Source: Mycolicibacterium smegmatis (GTDB lineage: Bacteria > Actinomycetota > Actinomycetes > Mycobacteriales > Mycobacteriaceae). Taken from it: DNA of 32,000 nucleotides. The stretch's first letter is position 1; the number at the start of each line of letters is the position of its first letter. A program made the translations under genes and the position numbers. The notes below the pieces were generated by a model. The model searched no databases, was not told the DNA's origin, and was given only the letters and a program-made list of their open reading frames with translations. The stretch lies in the NCBI RefSeq assembly GCF_001457595.1, contig NZ_LN831039.1:3630001-3662000 (forward strand), read 5' to 3'. Of the stretch, positions 18,313-27,619 are shown in pieces.

Positions 18313-19599
18313 ATGAGCGATAGTGCCCTTCACCTGCCCGCGGGCTTCGACTTCACGGACCCCGACATCTATGCCGAGCGGTTACCGGTCGACGAACTCG
18401 CCGAACTGCGTCGCGTGGCTCCGATCTGGTGGAACGCCCAACCCATCGGCGCGGGCGGCTTCGACGACGGCGGCTTCTGGGTGGTCACCAAGCACAAGGA
18501 CGTCAAGGAGATCTCGTTGCGCAGCGACGTCTTCTCCAGCCTGGAGAAGACCGCGCTGCCGCGTTATCCCGAAGGGACCGTTCAAGATCAGATCGAGCAG
18601 GGCAGGTTCGTGTTGCTCAACATGGACGCCCCGCATCACACCCATCTGCGCAAGATCATCTCCAGGGCCTTCACGCCGAGGGCCGTCGAACGGCTGCGTG
18701 ACGACCTCGCCGAGCGTGCCCGCGCCATCGTGCGCGCCGCCGCGGAGGAGGGTTCGGGCGACTTCGTCGAACAGGTCGCGTGCGAGTTGCCGCTGCAGGC
18801 CATCGCGGGCCTGATGGGCGTGCCACAGGAGGACCGCCGGAAACTGTTCGACTGGTCGAATCAGATGGTGGGAAACCAGGATCCGGAGTTCGTGGCCAAC
18901 GACGGCGCGAGTGCCGCGGTCGAGTTGATCACCTACGGCATGCAGTTGGCGGCCCAGCGCGCCGCCGCGCCGGGCGACGATCTGGTGACCAAGCTGGTGC
19001 AGGCCGACGTCGAAGGGCACAAACTCTCCGACGACGAGTTCGGGTTCTTCGTCGTCCTGCTCGCCGTGGCGGGTAACGAGACGACGCGCAACTCGATCAC
19101 GCAGGGCATGATGGCGTTCACCGACCATCGCGACCAATGGGAACTGTTCAAACGTGAGCGCCCGGTCACCACGGCCGACGAGATCGTGCGCTGGGCGACG
19201 CCGGTGACGTCGTTCCAGCGCACCGCACTTGCCGACACCGAGGTGAGCGGGGTGCGGATCAAGAAGGGCCAGCGGGTGGTGATGTTCTACCGCTCAGCGA
19301 ATTTCGACGAAGACGTCTTCACCGACCCGTACCGGTTCGACATCCTGCGCGACCCCAACCCACACGTCGGGTTCGGCGGCACCGGTGCGCACTACTGCAT
19401 CGGCGCCAACCTGGCCCGCATGACGATCGACCTCATCTTCAACGCGATCGCCGACGAGATGCCCGACCTGACACCGATATCCGAACCGGTGCGGTTGCGA
19501 TCGGGCTGGCTCAACGGCATCAAACACTGGCAGGTCGATTATCGCGGTGATGCTGCGAAACACCGCGCGGCGCAGGCGTCGTCGCAGGCAGATCGATGA
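18313..19599 (+). CDS. cyp125: Cytochrome P450, CYP125 family (steroid C26/27-hydroxylase type)
   Basis: PAGFDFTDPDIYAERLPVDELAELRRVAPIWWN, FVLLNMDAPHHTHLRKIISRAFTPRAV, VAGNETTRNSITQGMMAF, GFGGTGAHYCIGANLARM (heme Cys), LRSGWLNGIKHWQVDY; these match M. tuberculosis CYP125 closely as recalled. Confidence 0.92.
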   Translation: MSDSALHLPAGFDFTDPDIYAERLPVDELAELRRVAPIWWNAQPIGAGGFDDGGFWVVTKHKDVKEISLRSDVFSSLEKTALPRYPEGTVQDQIEQGRFVLLNMDAPHHTHLRKIISRAFTPRAVERLRDDLAERARAIVRAAAEEGSGDFVEQVACELPLQAIAGLMGVPQEDRRKLFDWSNQMVGNQDPEFVANDGASAAVELITYGMQLAAQRAAAPGDDLVTKLVQADVEGHKLSDDEFGFFVVLLAVAGNETTRNSITQGMMAFTDHRDQWELFKRERPVTTADEIVRWATPVTSFQRTALADTEVSGVRIKKGQRVVMFYRSANFDEDVFTDPYRFDILRDPNPHVGFGGTGAHYCIGANLARMTIDLIFNAIADEMPDLTPISEPVRLRSGWLNGIKHWQVDYRGDAAKHRAAQASSQADR

Positions 19600-19912
19600 T
19601 CGATCGCCAATAGTCCTCGCTGATCTCGGCATTCGACCGCAGTACCATGGCCAGACCGGTGGCCATCGCGATACCGAGCAACCCCAGCCACAGCCCGGCG
19701 AGCGCGATCACCACCCACAGCACCGTGGTGACGACGGGCCACGGCGAGACCACGGCGAGTACGGGCGCGAAGAAGAATCCGGTACCCACGTACCAGGCCG
19801 ACCCTGCCCGGTCGGCCATCAGCACATACCGCAGCCACCGCGGGATCGGATCTCGTGGCGACGCGTGAACCGGGCGAGTGGAAGGATTCCGTCGGGACGT
19901 CGGGGTGGGCAT
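19520..19912 (-). CDS. Hypothetical membrane protein (2 TM)
   Basis: WYVGTGFFFAPVLAVVSPWPVVTTVLWVVIALAGLWLGLLGIAMATGLAMVL; the 3' end overlaps the P450 3' end by 80 nt; start 19912 or 19939. Confidence 0.65.
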   Translation of the reverse strand: MPTPTSRRNPSTRPVHASPRDPIPRWLRYVLMADRAGSAWYVGTGFFFAPVLAVVSPWPVVTTVLWVVIALAGLWLGLLGIAMATGLAMVLRSNAEISEDYWRSIIDLPATTPAPRGVSQHHRDNRPASV

Positions 19913-20021
19913 GTGACCTCCTGCTTCTGGAAGACACATCCACGGTCGCGCCTTTCGGGTAATCGCCGCAATTACCTCGCAGGTAGTGGCCTACGGGCAC
20001 GCCATCGGTGAGACTCGAGGA

Positions 20022-20798
20022 GTGACCAGCACCGTTCCCGGCACCTCGATCGGTTCGCTCGTGCGTCAGTGGCGGCAGCGACGGCGGATCAGCCAACTCG
20101 ACCTCGCGATCGAGGCCGACGTGTCGCCGCGCCATGTCAGCTTCATCGAGACCGGACGCGCACAGCCCAGCCGCGCCATGGTCCTGCGTCTGGCCGAAGC
20201 GCTCGACGTGCCGCGCCGTGAGCAGAACCAATTGCTGCTCGCGGCAGGGCTTGCGCCCGTGTACGCCGAACGGTCGCTCGACGACCCCGAGATGACCGCG
20301 GTGCGCGACGGCCTCATGCGCGTGCTGGACGCGTATGACCCGTACCCCTGCGTGGCCGTGGATCGCGAGTGGAACCTGTTGCGCGCCAACGCCGGGGCCG
20401 GCGTCATGCTCGATGGGGTCGCGCCGCACCTGCTGGAGCGGCCCAACGCGCTGCGCATCACGCTGCACCCCGAGGGCATGGCGCCGCGGATCCGCAATCT
20501 CGCCGAATGGCGCCACCATCTGATCAGCCGGTTGCGCCGCGAGGTGGCGGTGAGCGGATCCGGCGGACTGGCCGCCCTCCTGGCCGAGATCGAGTCCTAT
20601 CCCGGCGGATTCGCCACCAAGCACGATCTGGGCGGCGTCGCCGTGCCGTTGGAGTTGGACACCGGGCGCGGCGAGGTGCTGACGTTCTTGAGCACCGTGA
20701 CGACGTTCGGCACGGCACTGGACCTGACCGCGGCCGAGCTGAGCGTCGAGGCGTTCCTGCCTGCCGACGAGCAGACCGCCGCGGCCCTGCGGGGATGA
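20022..20798 (+). CDS. XRE-family HTH regulator with MmyB-like ligand-binding domain
   Basis: LVRQWRQRRRISQLDLAIEADVSPRHVSFIETGRAQPSRAMVLRLAEALDVPRREQNQLLLAAGLAPVYAER. GTG at 20022 or ATG at 19986. Confidence 0.87.
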   Translation: MTSTVPGTSIGSLVRQWRQRRRISQLDLAIEADVSPRHVSFIETGRAQPSRAMVLRLAEALDVPRREQNQLLLAAGLAPVYAERSLDDPEMTAVRDGLMRVLDAYDPYPCVAVDREWNLLRANAGAGVMLDGVAPHLLERPNALRITLHPEGMAPRIRNLAEWRHHLISRLRREVAVSGSGGLAALLAEIESYPGGFATKHDLGGVAVPLELDTGRGEVLTFLSTVTTFGTALDLTAAELSVEAFLPADEQTAAALRG

Positions 20799-20897
20799 TT
20801 TCGCGCAGGTGACGCCGGGTTCTCGCTGCGCGCAAGAGTTCTGGTCTGCGGTGATCAAATCATTGCCGAAGGTGACGTGAGCCCGCATCGTGACGGC

Positions 20898-21509
20898 ATG
20901 ACTGCCACCACCGATGCACCATCGACCCTCACCCCGGCGCGCATCTCGCGGCTGCGGGTGCCCGAACTCGAGGAACTCCAGAACGCGAACGTGCGAGGGT
21001 TCTTCACCCGCCAGCAGCGCGAGGAAGGGTTGACCTCCAACTGGTTCCGCGCACTGTCACTCAACGAGGACGATCTGGGCCGCCTGAACGGCTATCTGCT
21101 GCCCATCCTGGGCGCGGACGGGCGCGGCGGGCTGACCGCCCGTGAACGCGAGGTGATCGCGACCGTGGTGTCCGGGGAGAACCGGTGCGCGTACTGCCAC
21201 ACCAACCACGCCAACAAGCTCGGCAAGGTCGCCGGCGACTGGTCGTTCGGCCAGCGCGTCGCGATCGACCACACCCAGGTCGCCGAACTCACCGAGCGCG
21301 AGCGTGCGCTGGGTGACCTGGCCGTGCTGGTCAACAACCACCCCCAGCAGATCCGCGGCGAGGACTTCGACCGATTGCGGCGACTCGGCCTCGACGACCA
21401 CCTCATTCTCGAGGCGATCTCGATCGCGGCGTTCATCGGCGCGACCAACCGCATCGGCATCGCGCTGTCGGTGCCGCCGAACCCCGAGTACACAGGAATT
21501 CCGCAGTGA
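20898..21509 (+). CDS. AhpD/carboxymuconolactone decarboxylase-family peroxidase-related protein
   Basis: ENRCAYCHTNHANKLG (CxxCxxxH core) in ALSLNEDDLGRLNGYLLPILGADGRGGLTAREREVIATVVSGENRCAYC; ATG 20898. Confidence 0.87.
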   Translation: MTATTDAPSTLTPARISRLRVPELEELQNANVRGFFTRQQREEGLTSNWFRALSLNEDDLGRLNGYLLPILGADGRGGLTAREREVIATVVSGENRCAYCHTNHANKLGKVAGDWSFGQRVAIDHTQVAELTERERALGDLAVLVNNHPQQIRGEDFDRLRRLGLDDHLILEAISIAAFIGATNRIGIALSVPPNPEYTGIPQ

Positions 21510-21514
21510 ACCAC

Positions 21515-21525
21515 TGGTAAGACCA
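21515..21525. promoter_or_regulatory. FadR-type GntR operator TGGTAAGACCA
   Basis: Perfect TGGT-N3-ACCA dyad; the wider CACTGGTAAGACCACTT matches 13 of 16 defined bases of the E. coli FadR consensus AACTGGTCNGACCAGTT; 36 nt upstream of ATG 21562. Confidence 0.7.
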
Positions 21526-21561
21526 CTTGACCCCTTGACCTCCTGACCATGGCGGGGCAGC

Positions 21562-22293
21562 ATGGCCGTCATGGCCCTGCAACCCGTGAACCGCAGATCG
21601 GTGCCAGAGGACGTGTTCGAACAGATCGTGTCCGAGGTGCTCACAGGCGAGATGCGGCCCGGCGAATCACTGCCGAGCGAACGCAGGCTCGCCGAGGTGC
21701 TCGGGGTCTCACGCCCCGCGGTACGTGAGGCGATCAAGCGCCTCACGGCCGCGGGACTGGTCGAGGTCCGTCAGGGTGACGCGACCACGGTGCGCGACTT
21801 CCGGCGTCATGCCGGCATGGATCTTCTGCCCCGTCTGCTGTTCCGCGCCGGTGAACTCGACACGTCCGTGGTGCGCAGCATCCTCGAGACGCGGCTGCAC
21901 AACGGGCCCAAGGTCGCCGAGCTCGCCGCCGAACGCCGCGGCCCGGAGCTCGTCGGACAACTCACCGCTGTGGTGCACGCGCTGGAGGCCGAAATTGATC
22001 CGATCCAGCGGCAGCGCCACGCGATGACCTTCTGGGACCACGTCGTGGACGGGGCGGACTCGATCGCGTTCCGGCTCATGTTCAACACGCTGCGAGAGAC
22101 GTACGAACCGGTGCTGCCCGCACTCGCCGCCGTGATGGCCGGGGAGGTCGCCGACCCCGACTCCTACCGCGCCATCACCAGGGCGATCTCCGACCGCGAC
22201 GCCGACGCCGCGCGCGGTGCCGCACAAAACCTGCTGGAGCCGGCCACGCACGCCCTGCTCGGAGCGCTCGATGCACTGGAGGCCGCACGATGA
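21562..22293 (+). CDS. GntR-family (FadR subfamily) transcriptional regulator
   Basis: [63 protein letters not shown] followed by an all-helical FCD-type domain. Start 21562 or 21571. Confidence 0.9.
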   Translation: MAVMALQPVNRRSVPEDVFEQIVSEVLTGEMRPGESLPSERRLAEVLGVSRPAVREAIKRLTAAGLVEVRQGDATTVRDFRRHAGMDLLPRLLFRAGELDTSVVRSILETRLHNGPKVAELAAERRGPELVGQLTAVVHALEAEIDPIQRQRHAMTFWDHVVDGADSIAFRLMFNTLRETYEPVLPALAAVMAGEVADPDSYRAITRAISDRDADAARGAAQNLLEPATHALLGALDALEAAR

Positions 22294-22940
22294 GCCGGCG
22301 GGATTTCACGCTCGCCGACGCAGGCAGGGAGTTCGTCAGGCACCCCTCCCCCTGGATGATCGGCGTGACACTCGCGGCCGCGGCCACCGCGCGGACGATC
22401 GCCGGCGACTGGCAGGTCACCGACGCGGTGGTGCCCTTGGTGATGGTCGGGGTCTTCCCGCTGGCCGAGTGGGTCATCCACGTGGCCATACTGCACTGGC
22501 GGCCACGACGATTGGGCCCGGTGGTGGTGGACACCAGACTGGCCAGGGATCACCGCAGACACCACGCCGAACCACGCGACGTCCCGCTGATCTTCATCCC
22601 GTGGCCGACGCTGCTGTGGCTGCTGCCCGTCGCGACGGCCGTTGCGCTCGTGGCGTTTCCGCGGCCCGGTCTGGGCCTGACCTTCCTGACGCTGCTGACG
22701 GCCCTCGGATTGGGCTACGAGTGGTGCCACTACCTGATCCACAGTGATTACAAACCCAGATCCGATGTGTACCGGGCGATCTGGCGCAACCACCGCAGGC
22801 ACCACTTCAAGAACGAGCACTACTGGTTCACGGTCACCAGTGCGGGAACCGCCGACCGGGTTCTCGGGACCTGCCCCGACCCGGCTACCGTGCTGACTTC
22901 ACCGACCGCCAGGCAGCTGCACGTCACGCCTGCACGATGA
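22290..22940 (+). CDS. Sterol desaturase / fatty acid hydroxylase superfamily membrane protein
   Basis: Histidine clusters DHRRHH, RNHRRHH, H near [12 protein letters not shown]; ATGA overlap with the upstream GntR gene. Confidence 0.85.
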   Translation: MSRRDFTLADAGREFVRHPSPWMIGVTLAAAATARTIAGDWQVTDAVVPLVMVGVFPLAEWVIHVAILHWRPRRLGPVVVDTRLARDHRRHHAEPRDVPLIFIPWPTLLWLLPVATAVALVAFPRPGLGLTFLTLLTALGLGYEWCHYLIHSDYKPRSDVYRAIWRNHRRHHFKNEHYWFTVTSAGTADRVLGTCPDPATVLTSPTARQLHVTPAR

Positions 22941-23703
22941 TCGGATCACCCACACTGACCATGTCGTAGTACCACGCCGCGTTGTCCGGGCTCAGGTTGA
23001 TGCAGCCGTGGCTGACGTTGGCATATCCCTGCGAGCCGACCGACCACGGCGCGGAGTGCACGTAGACCCCACCCCATGTGACCCGCACGGCGTGGTTGAC
23101 CGTGAGCTTGTATCCCTCAGGGTCGCTCAAAGGGATGCCGATGGTCCGCGAATCCATCACTACCACAGGTTCTTTGGCCAGTGCGGTGAAGGTTCCCCTT
23201 GGCGTGGGGAATTTCGGCTTGCCCATGGAGGCGGGCATCTTCCGCAGAACCTCGCCGTCGACGCTGACCGTGAAGGTGTGGGCATCGATGTCGGCGACAC
23301 CGAGAACCTCGGCGCCGGTGTTGAAACTCGTCTTCACGCCGCCGACCGACAGCGAGATGGTCGAGTGTGCGGGCCAGAACTCGTCGGGAGTCCATTCCAT
23401 GACCGCGGCCTCTGGCCAGCGGAACCGGCCGGCGGAGGTGTCCGTCGAGGCGATCCGCAGGCTGCGTTCGGCACTCCGGCGGTCGGTGACCGGCTCGGCG
23501 AACCGGACCGTCACCGGATGGGCCACCCCGACCACCGCACCCGCGGCAGGTTCGACCTGTGCAACCTCCACCGGGGTGCTCACGGCCGCGGACGCGACGT
23601 TAACCGGAACAGCGGTGGCCGCGACGGCGAGACCGACCGCCGCAAACAGTTTCCAGACCGAACCCCGACCTGACCTGGATCCGCGCCCTAGCGAGTTGAG
23701 CAT
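22924..23703 (-). CDS. L,D-transpeptidase (signal peptide, Ig-like domain, YkuD catalytic domain)
   Basis: Catalytic motif VHSAPWSVGSQGYANVSHGCINLSPDNAAWYYD; N-terminal secretion signal; ATG 23703. Its 3' end overlaps the desaturase 3' end by 17 nt. Confidence 0.92.
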   Translation of the reverse strand: MLNSLGRGSRSGRGSVWKLFAAVGLAVAATAVPVNVASAAVSTPVEVAQVEPAAGAVVGVAHPVTVRFAEPVTDRRSAERSLRIASTDTSAGRFRWPEAAVMEWTPDEFWPAHSTISLSVGGVKTSFNTGAEVLGVADIDAHTFTVSVDGEVLRKMPASMGKPKFPTPRGTFTALAKEPVVVMDSRTIGIPLSDPEGYKLTVNHAVRVTWGGVYVHSAPWSVGSQGYANVSHGCINLSPDNAAWYYDMVSVGDPIIVQA

Positions 23704-23828
23704 TCTTCCAGTGTAGGTTGTCGAAACGACCATGCCCGGTAAACACCTGGCGACACGGCTTCCGGCCGCACCGGCCCGACGGGGTGAAGGTTGCATACCC
23801 GGTCATCGGTGTGGAATGCCCAAGCGTT

Positions 23829-24434
23829 TCATCCGATGTCGGCCCGGCCTGCGGCGAGTGCGCGTGTGAGCGCCATCAGCGCGTAGCCACAGCCTGCGAA
23901 CACCACGCCGAGAAGAGCGATGTTGGTCAGCACCGCCCACGGCCCGACAGCGGCGGGGTCCAGGAAGTAATACGGCACCCGGCGCCCGGCACCACTGAGC
24001 ACCAGCAACGCCACCGCTGCGTAAACAGCCGGATACAGCAACCACGTCAACGGTTGCCACCACCGGATCGCACCCTGGACGCCGTGCGCCATCAGCCACT
24101 CCGCGACGGCGAGCACGGGGACGACCACGTGCAGCAGCACATTCGCGGGCGTGTAGCCCATACTCACCTGGGCGAGAAAGAGATTCCAGATCACGCCCGC
24201 CATCACCACATGGAGCACCACGCCGCCACGAAGACCCGCGCGTGTGTCCGCACGCGGCGAGACCAGGGTCCACAGGTAGAACGCGGCCGCCATGAGATTC
24301 GCCTGGTAGGTGAACGTGATGAGCCGCCACAGCACGCCCGAGCGGGTGGAGTACTCGACCACGACCAGCGCGGCCACCACAGCCGCGACGATGCAGATCC
24401 GGATGCCGAGCCGCAGCCGGGTGCGCAGGTTCAC
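23829..24434 (-). CDS. Pr6Pr-family integral membrane protein
   Basis: 201 aa with about six hydrophobic segments; FTYQANLMAAAFYLW and WWQPLTWLLYPAVYAA. Confidence 0.75.
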   Translation of the reverse strand: MNLRTRLRLGIRICIVAAVVAALVVVEYSTRSGVLWRLITFTYQANLMAAAFYLWTLVSPRADTRAGLRGGVVLHVVMAGVIWNLFLAQVSMGYTPANVLLHVVVPVLAVAEWLMAHGVQGAIRWWQPLTWLLYPAVYAAVALLVLSGAGRRVPYYFLDPAAVGPWAVLTNIALLGVVFAGCGYALMALTRALAAGRADIG

Positions 24435-24457
24435 CTGATCGAGCGTAACCGTCGCCG

Positions 24458-25888
24458 TCAGGGAGCCGGTGGCGCCTCGGGCGCGGGCTCCGGTTCCACG
24501 GGGGCCGGTTCGGCCGGGGGCGGATCGGGCGGTGGGACGTCCGCCGGTGGCGGCGGATCCGCAGCGGGCGGGGCCTCGGGAGCCGGCGGCGGCTCAGGCG
24601 GGGCCTCGGGAGCCGGTGCATCGTCGACCGGGGGTGCAGGGGGTGCGCCGGGCGGGGGTATGGGTGTGATCTCCGCCGGCGGTGGCGGTTCGCCGATCAC
24701 CATCTGCTCGGGAACATCCGGCTCGCCACGCAACCGGTCGCGGATGCGGCTGAGCAACGGCTTCTTCGTCGGCGGTGCGGGGATGACCACAGGCGGTGGC
24801 AACGCGGTCGCCGCGTCCGGCAGTGGCAACTGTGGGGGCAGCTGCGGAAGCGCCTGCTCGACCGGCGATTCGGCAACGTCGGCGAGCGGTGGATCGACTG
24901 CCGGCGGCACGGCCTCGGCGACCTCCGCCGCCGGCGGCGCCTGTGGGGGCGGAGGGGGCGCCGCGGGCAGAGCAGGGGGCAGTTGCCGCACGGCGGCGGG
25001 TGTGCCCGAGGTGTTCACCACCGGGCGTGTCGGCCGCTCGAAGGCCTGTTCACGCGGCGACATCTGCTGACTTATGGCCAGAGACAGCGAGACGACGAAC
25101 GTCACGACCCCTACCAGGAGCATCGCCGCGGGCGCCAACTGCCGACTGGTCCACCGCGACCGCTGCTGATCGGCCTTGTCGGGGAACATGAATCGGCCGC
25201 GGCGTGCCGATACGAGTGCCGCACCGCGCGCGAGAGCGAGATCCCCGTCGGCCGGGGTGAAGACCGGAATACCAAGCGCGGCTTGCAACTTCGGCATCAA
25301 GCGGTCGACGTCGGCGTCGAGGTCGACGGCCGATCCGACCACCACAAGCGCATCGGGCACGCGCCCGGAGGCCGCCAGCAGACGTTCGAGCCAACCGACC
25401 AGACCACGCACGCTCCCGATCGCCCTGCTGCGGGCCGTGTCCACCACACCGTCGCGCCGGTCGACCGTGAGGGCCAGTGCGCCTTCCGGTTCGAAGACGC
25501 ACACCACGGTGGTCGCGAATCCGGCCATGTCGGCGATGCTGTTGGCGAGCGCGTCGGTTGCCTGCCGGAACCGCACATCGACGACATTGTCGAAGCCGGC
25601 CTCGTTCAGGTCGCCGACCAGTTCGGCCGCTTGCATGTCCGCGCCGTCGCTCCACGTCACACCGATGGACCGCAGCCTTCTGCCGTTGTCTGCGGCCACG
25701 TTCTCCGCACGCGCGACCGTCGCGACGATCTCTTTCCGGGCGGCGCGGGCACGGCTCAGGTCCAGACCTGCCACGTCGAACAGCTCGAGATCGAGGTTCA
25801 CGGCCTCGAAGTCGGCCGCCGAATCCCCCTCGACCAGCACCATGCCGACGGTGGAGGGCGTCACCGAGACGCCGATCACCGCGTCCAC
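24458..25888 (-). CDS. Mycobacterial DUF7159-like protein with one TM segment and long Pro-rich C-terminal tail
   Basis: MDAVIGVSVTPSTVGMVLVEGDSAADFEAV..., VVVGSAVDLDADV; TM LAPAAMLLVGVVTFVVSLSLAIS, then about 180 aa of P/A/E-rich sequence. Confidence 0.75.
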   Translation of the reverse strand: MDAVIGVSVTPSTVGMVLVEGDSAADFEAVNLDLELFDVAGLDLSRARAARKEIVATVARAENVAADNGRRLRSIGVTWSDGADMQAAELVGDLNEAGFDNVVDVRFRQATDALANSIADMAGFATTVVCVFEPEGALALTVDRRDGVVDTARSRAIGSVRGLVGWLERLLAASGRVPDALVVVGSAVDLDADVDRLMPKLQAALGIPVFTPADGDLALARGAALVSARRGRFMFPDKADQQRSRWTSRQLAPAAMLLVGVVTFVVSLSLAISQQMSPREQAFERPTRPVVNTSGTPAAVRQLPPALPAAPPPPPQAPPAAEVAEAVPPAVDPPLADVAESPVEQALPQLPPQLPLPDAATALPPPVVIPAPPTKKPLLSRIRDRLRGEPDVPEQMVIGEPPPPAEITPIPPPGAPPAPPVDDAPAPEAPPEPPPAPEAPPAADPPPPADVPPPDPPPAEPAPVEPEPAPEAPPAP

Positions 25889-26161
25889 CTACACCCCCTT
25901 GGAGCAGTGGCCACGCGGTCCCGACCGAGCGAGATGACACCGCTGGCCGGACCCGCCGCATGTGGCCGTCGTCCACCTGTTCCGAGCCGACCTTACCGGT
26001 GCTCCACTCGCCCCGCGCACCCGGGCTCTGCCCTTACGGACGCGAAATGTGCTGTGCCACAGAACACCCTGCACACAGCGGGCTTTCCGTTTGCCCACCG
26101 GATCGCTGGATTTTCTGCGCTTCCCGCCGATGCGCTCACCGAGCGTGGCAAGGTGACCCCC

Positions 26162-27619
26162 ATGGGGGAAGCACACGATACACAGGCGCGGCGCACGGTC
26201 TTCGGTCACCCGATGGGGTTGGTGAATCTGTTCGGGGTCGAGTTGTGGGAACGGTTCTCGTTCTACGGGATGTTGACGATCCTCGGCTACTACCTCTACT
26301 ACACGGCCACCGACGGCGGGCTCGGACTACCGCAGTCGACCGCGACAGGGATCGTGGGCGCCTACGGCGGTTTGGTCTATCTTTCAACGGTTCTCGGCGG
26401 CTGGATCGCCGATCGCGTGCTCGGCATGGAGCGCACCGTGTTCTACGGCGGCGTGGTGGTGATGTGCGGTCACATCGCGCTTGCGGTGCTGCCGGGACTC
26501 GCGGGCGTGGGTATCGGCCTGGTGCTGGTCGCGCTCGGTTCAGGTGCACTCAAGGCCAACGCCTCGTCGTTGCTCGGCACGCTCTATGACAAGGACGATC
26601 CCCGGTGCGACGGCGGGTTCACCTTGTTCTACCTCGGCGTCAATCTCGGCGCGTTCGTCGGTCCGCTGGTCACCGGGATCCTGCAGACCCGGATCGGATT
26701 CCACTACGGGTTCGGTGCCGCCGCGATCGGCATGGCGCTGGGCCTCGTGCAGTACGTGGTGTACCGGCGCAACCTCGGAACGCATGGCCGCATCGTCCCG
26801 AACCCGTTGCCGTCGAGCTCATTCGGCAAGGTTGCTGCCTTTGCGACAGCACTCGTGATCGCGGCGGTGGCGCTGTTCGTCTCCGGCGTCGTGACCTTGG
26901 CCAACCTCTCGCAGGCGACCACCGTGGTGATCGCGCTGGCTTCGGTGGCGTACTTCGCGGTGTTCCTCACGAGCTCCAAGGTGAGCACGCTCGAGCGCAC
27001 ACGCGTCCGCGCATTCATCCCGCTGTTCGTCGCCAATGCCGTGTTCTGGTCGCTGTTCCAGCAGATCTTCACCGTGCTCGCGGTGTACTCCGACGAGCGC
27101 ATGAACTGGTCGGTGTTCGGGTGGACCGCGCCGTCGAACTGGATCGGGTCGATCGAACCGGTCTGGATCATCGTGCTGTCCCCCGTGTTCGCGTGGTTGT
27201 GGACCCGTCTGGGTGACCGCGCCCCGACCACGCCGCGCAAGTTCTCCTACGCCGTGATCGGCATGGGTGTCGCGTTCCTGCTGTTCCTGCCCATGGCGGG
27301 CACGACCGGCAGGGCCGTGCCCGCGCTCGTCGTGGCGGCGATCCTGGCGCTGTTCGCCATCTCGGAACTGACGATCTCGCCGATCGGGCTGTCGGTCACG
27401 ACAAAACTTGCACCAGAGGCGTTCCGGGCGCAGATGATGGCGCTGTACTTCTTCTCGCTGGGCCTCGGCACCGCGATGTCAGGTGTCCTGGCCGGCTACT
27501 ACGACCCGGCGCACGAGTTCGCCTACTTCGGGATCCTCGGCCTGGTCGCCATCGTGGTCGGCATCGTGGTGTTCGCCGTGTCGCCGCGGATCACACGTCT
27601 GATGGAAGGCGTGCACTAA
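26162..27619 (+). CDS. POT/PTR-family proton-dependent oligopeptide MFS transporter
   Basis: GVELWERFSFYGMLTILGYYLYYTATDGG (ExxERFxYY-like motif), GGLVYLSTVLGGWIADRVLGMERTVFYGG. Confidence 0.92.
   Translation: MGEAHDTQARRTVFGHPMGLVNLFGVELWERFSFYGMLTILGYYLYYTATDGGLGLPQSTATGIVGAYGGLVYLSTVLGGWIADRVLGMERTVFYGGVVVMCGHIALAVLPGLAGVGIGLVLVALGSGALKANASSLLGTLYDKDDPRCDGGFTLFYLGVNLGAFVGPLVTGILQTRIGFHYGFGAAAIGMALGLVQYVVYRRNLGTHGRIVPNPLPSSSFGKVAAFATALVIAAVALFVSGVVTLANLSQATTVVIALASVAYFAVFLTSSKVSTLERTRVRAFIPLFVANAVFWSLFQQIFTVLAVYSDERMNWSVFGWTAPSNWIGSIEPVWIIVLSPVFAWLWTRLGDRAPTTPRKFSYAVIGMGVAFLLFLPMAGTTGRAVPALVVAAILALFAISELTISPIGLSVTTKLAPEAFRAQMMALYFFSLGLGTAMSGVLAGYYDPAHEFAYFGILGLVAIVVGIVVFAVSPRITRLMEGVH

Noticed and set aside
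25889-26161. 273-bp gap between the DUF7159-like gene and the peptide transporter as possible ncRNA or riboswitch
   Set aside because: No long stem, terminator or recognised riboswitch core visible by eye; would need covariance-model search.
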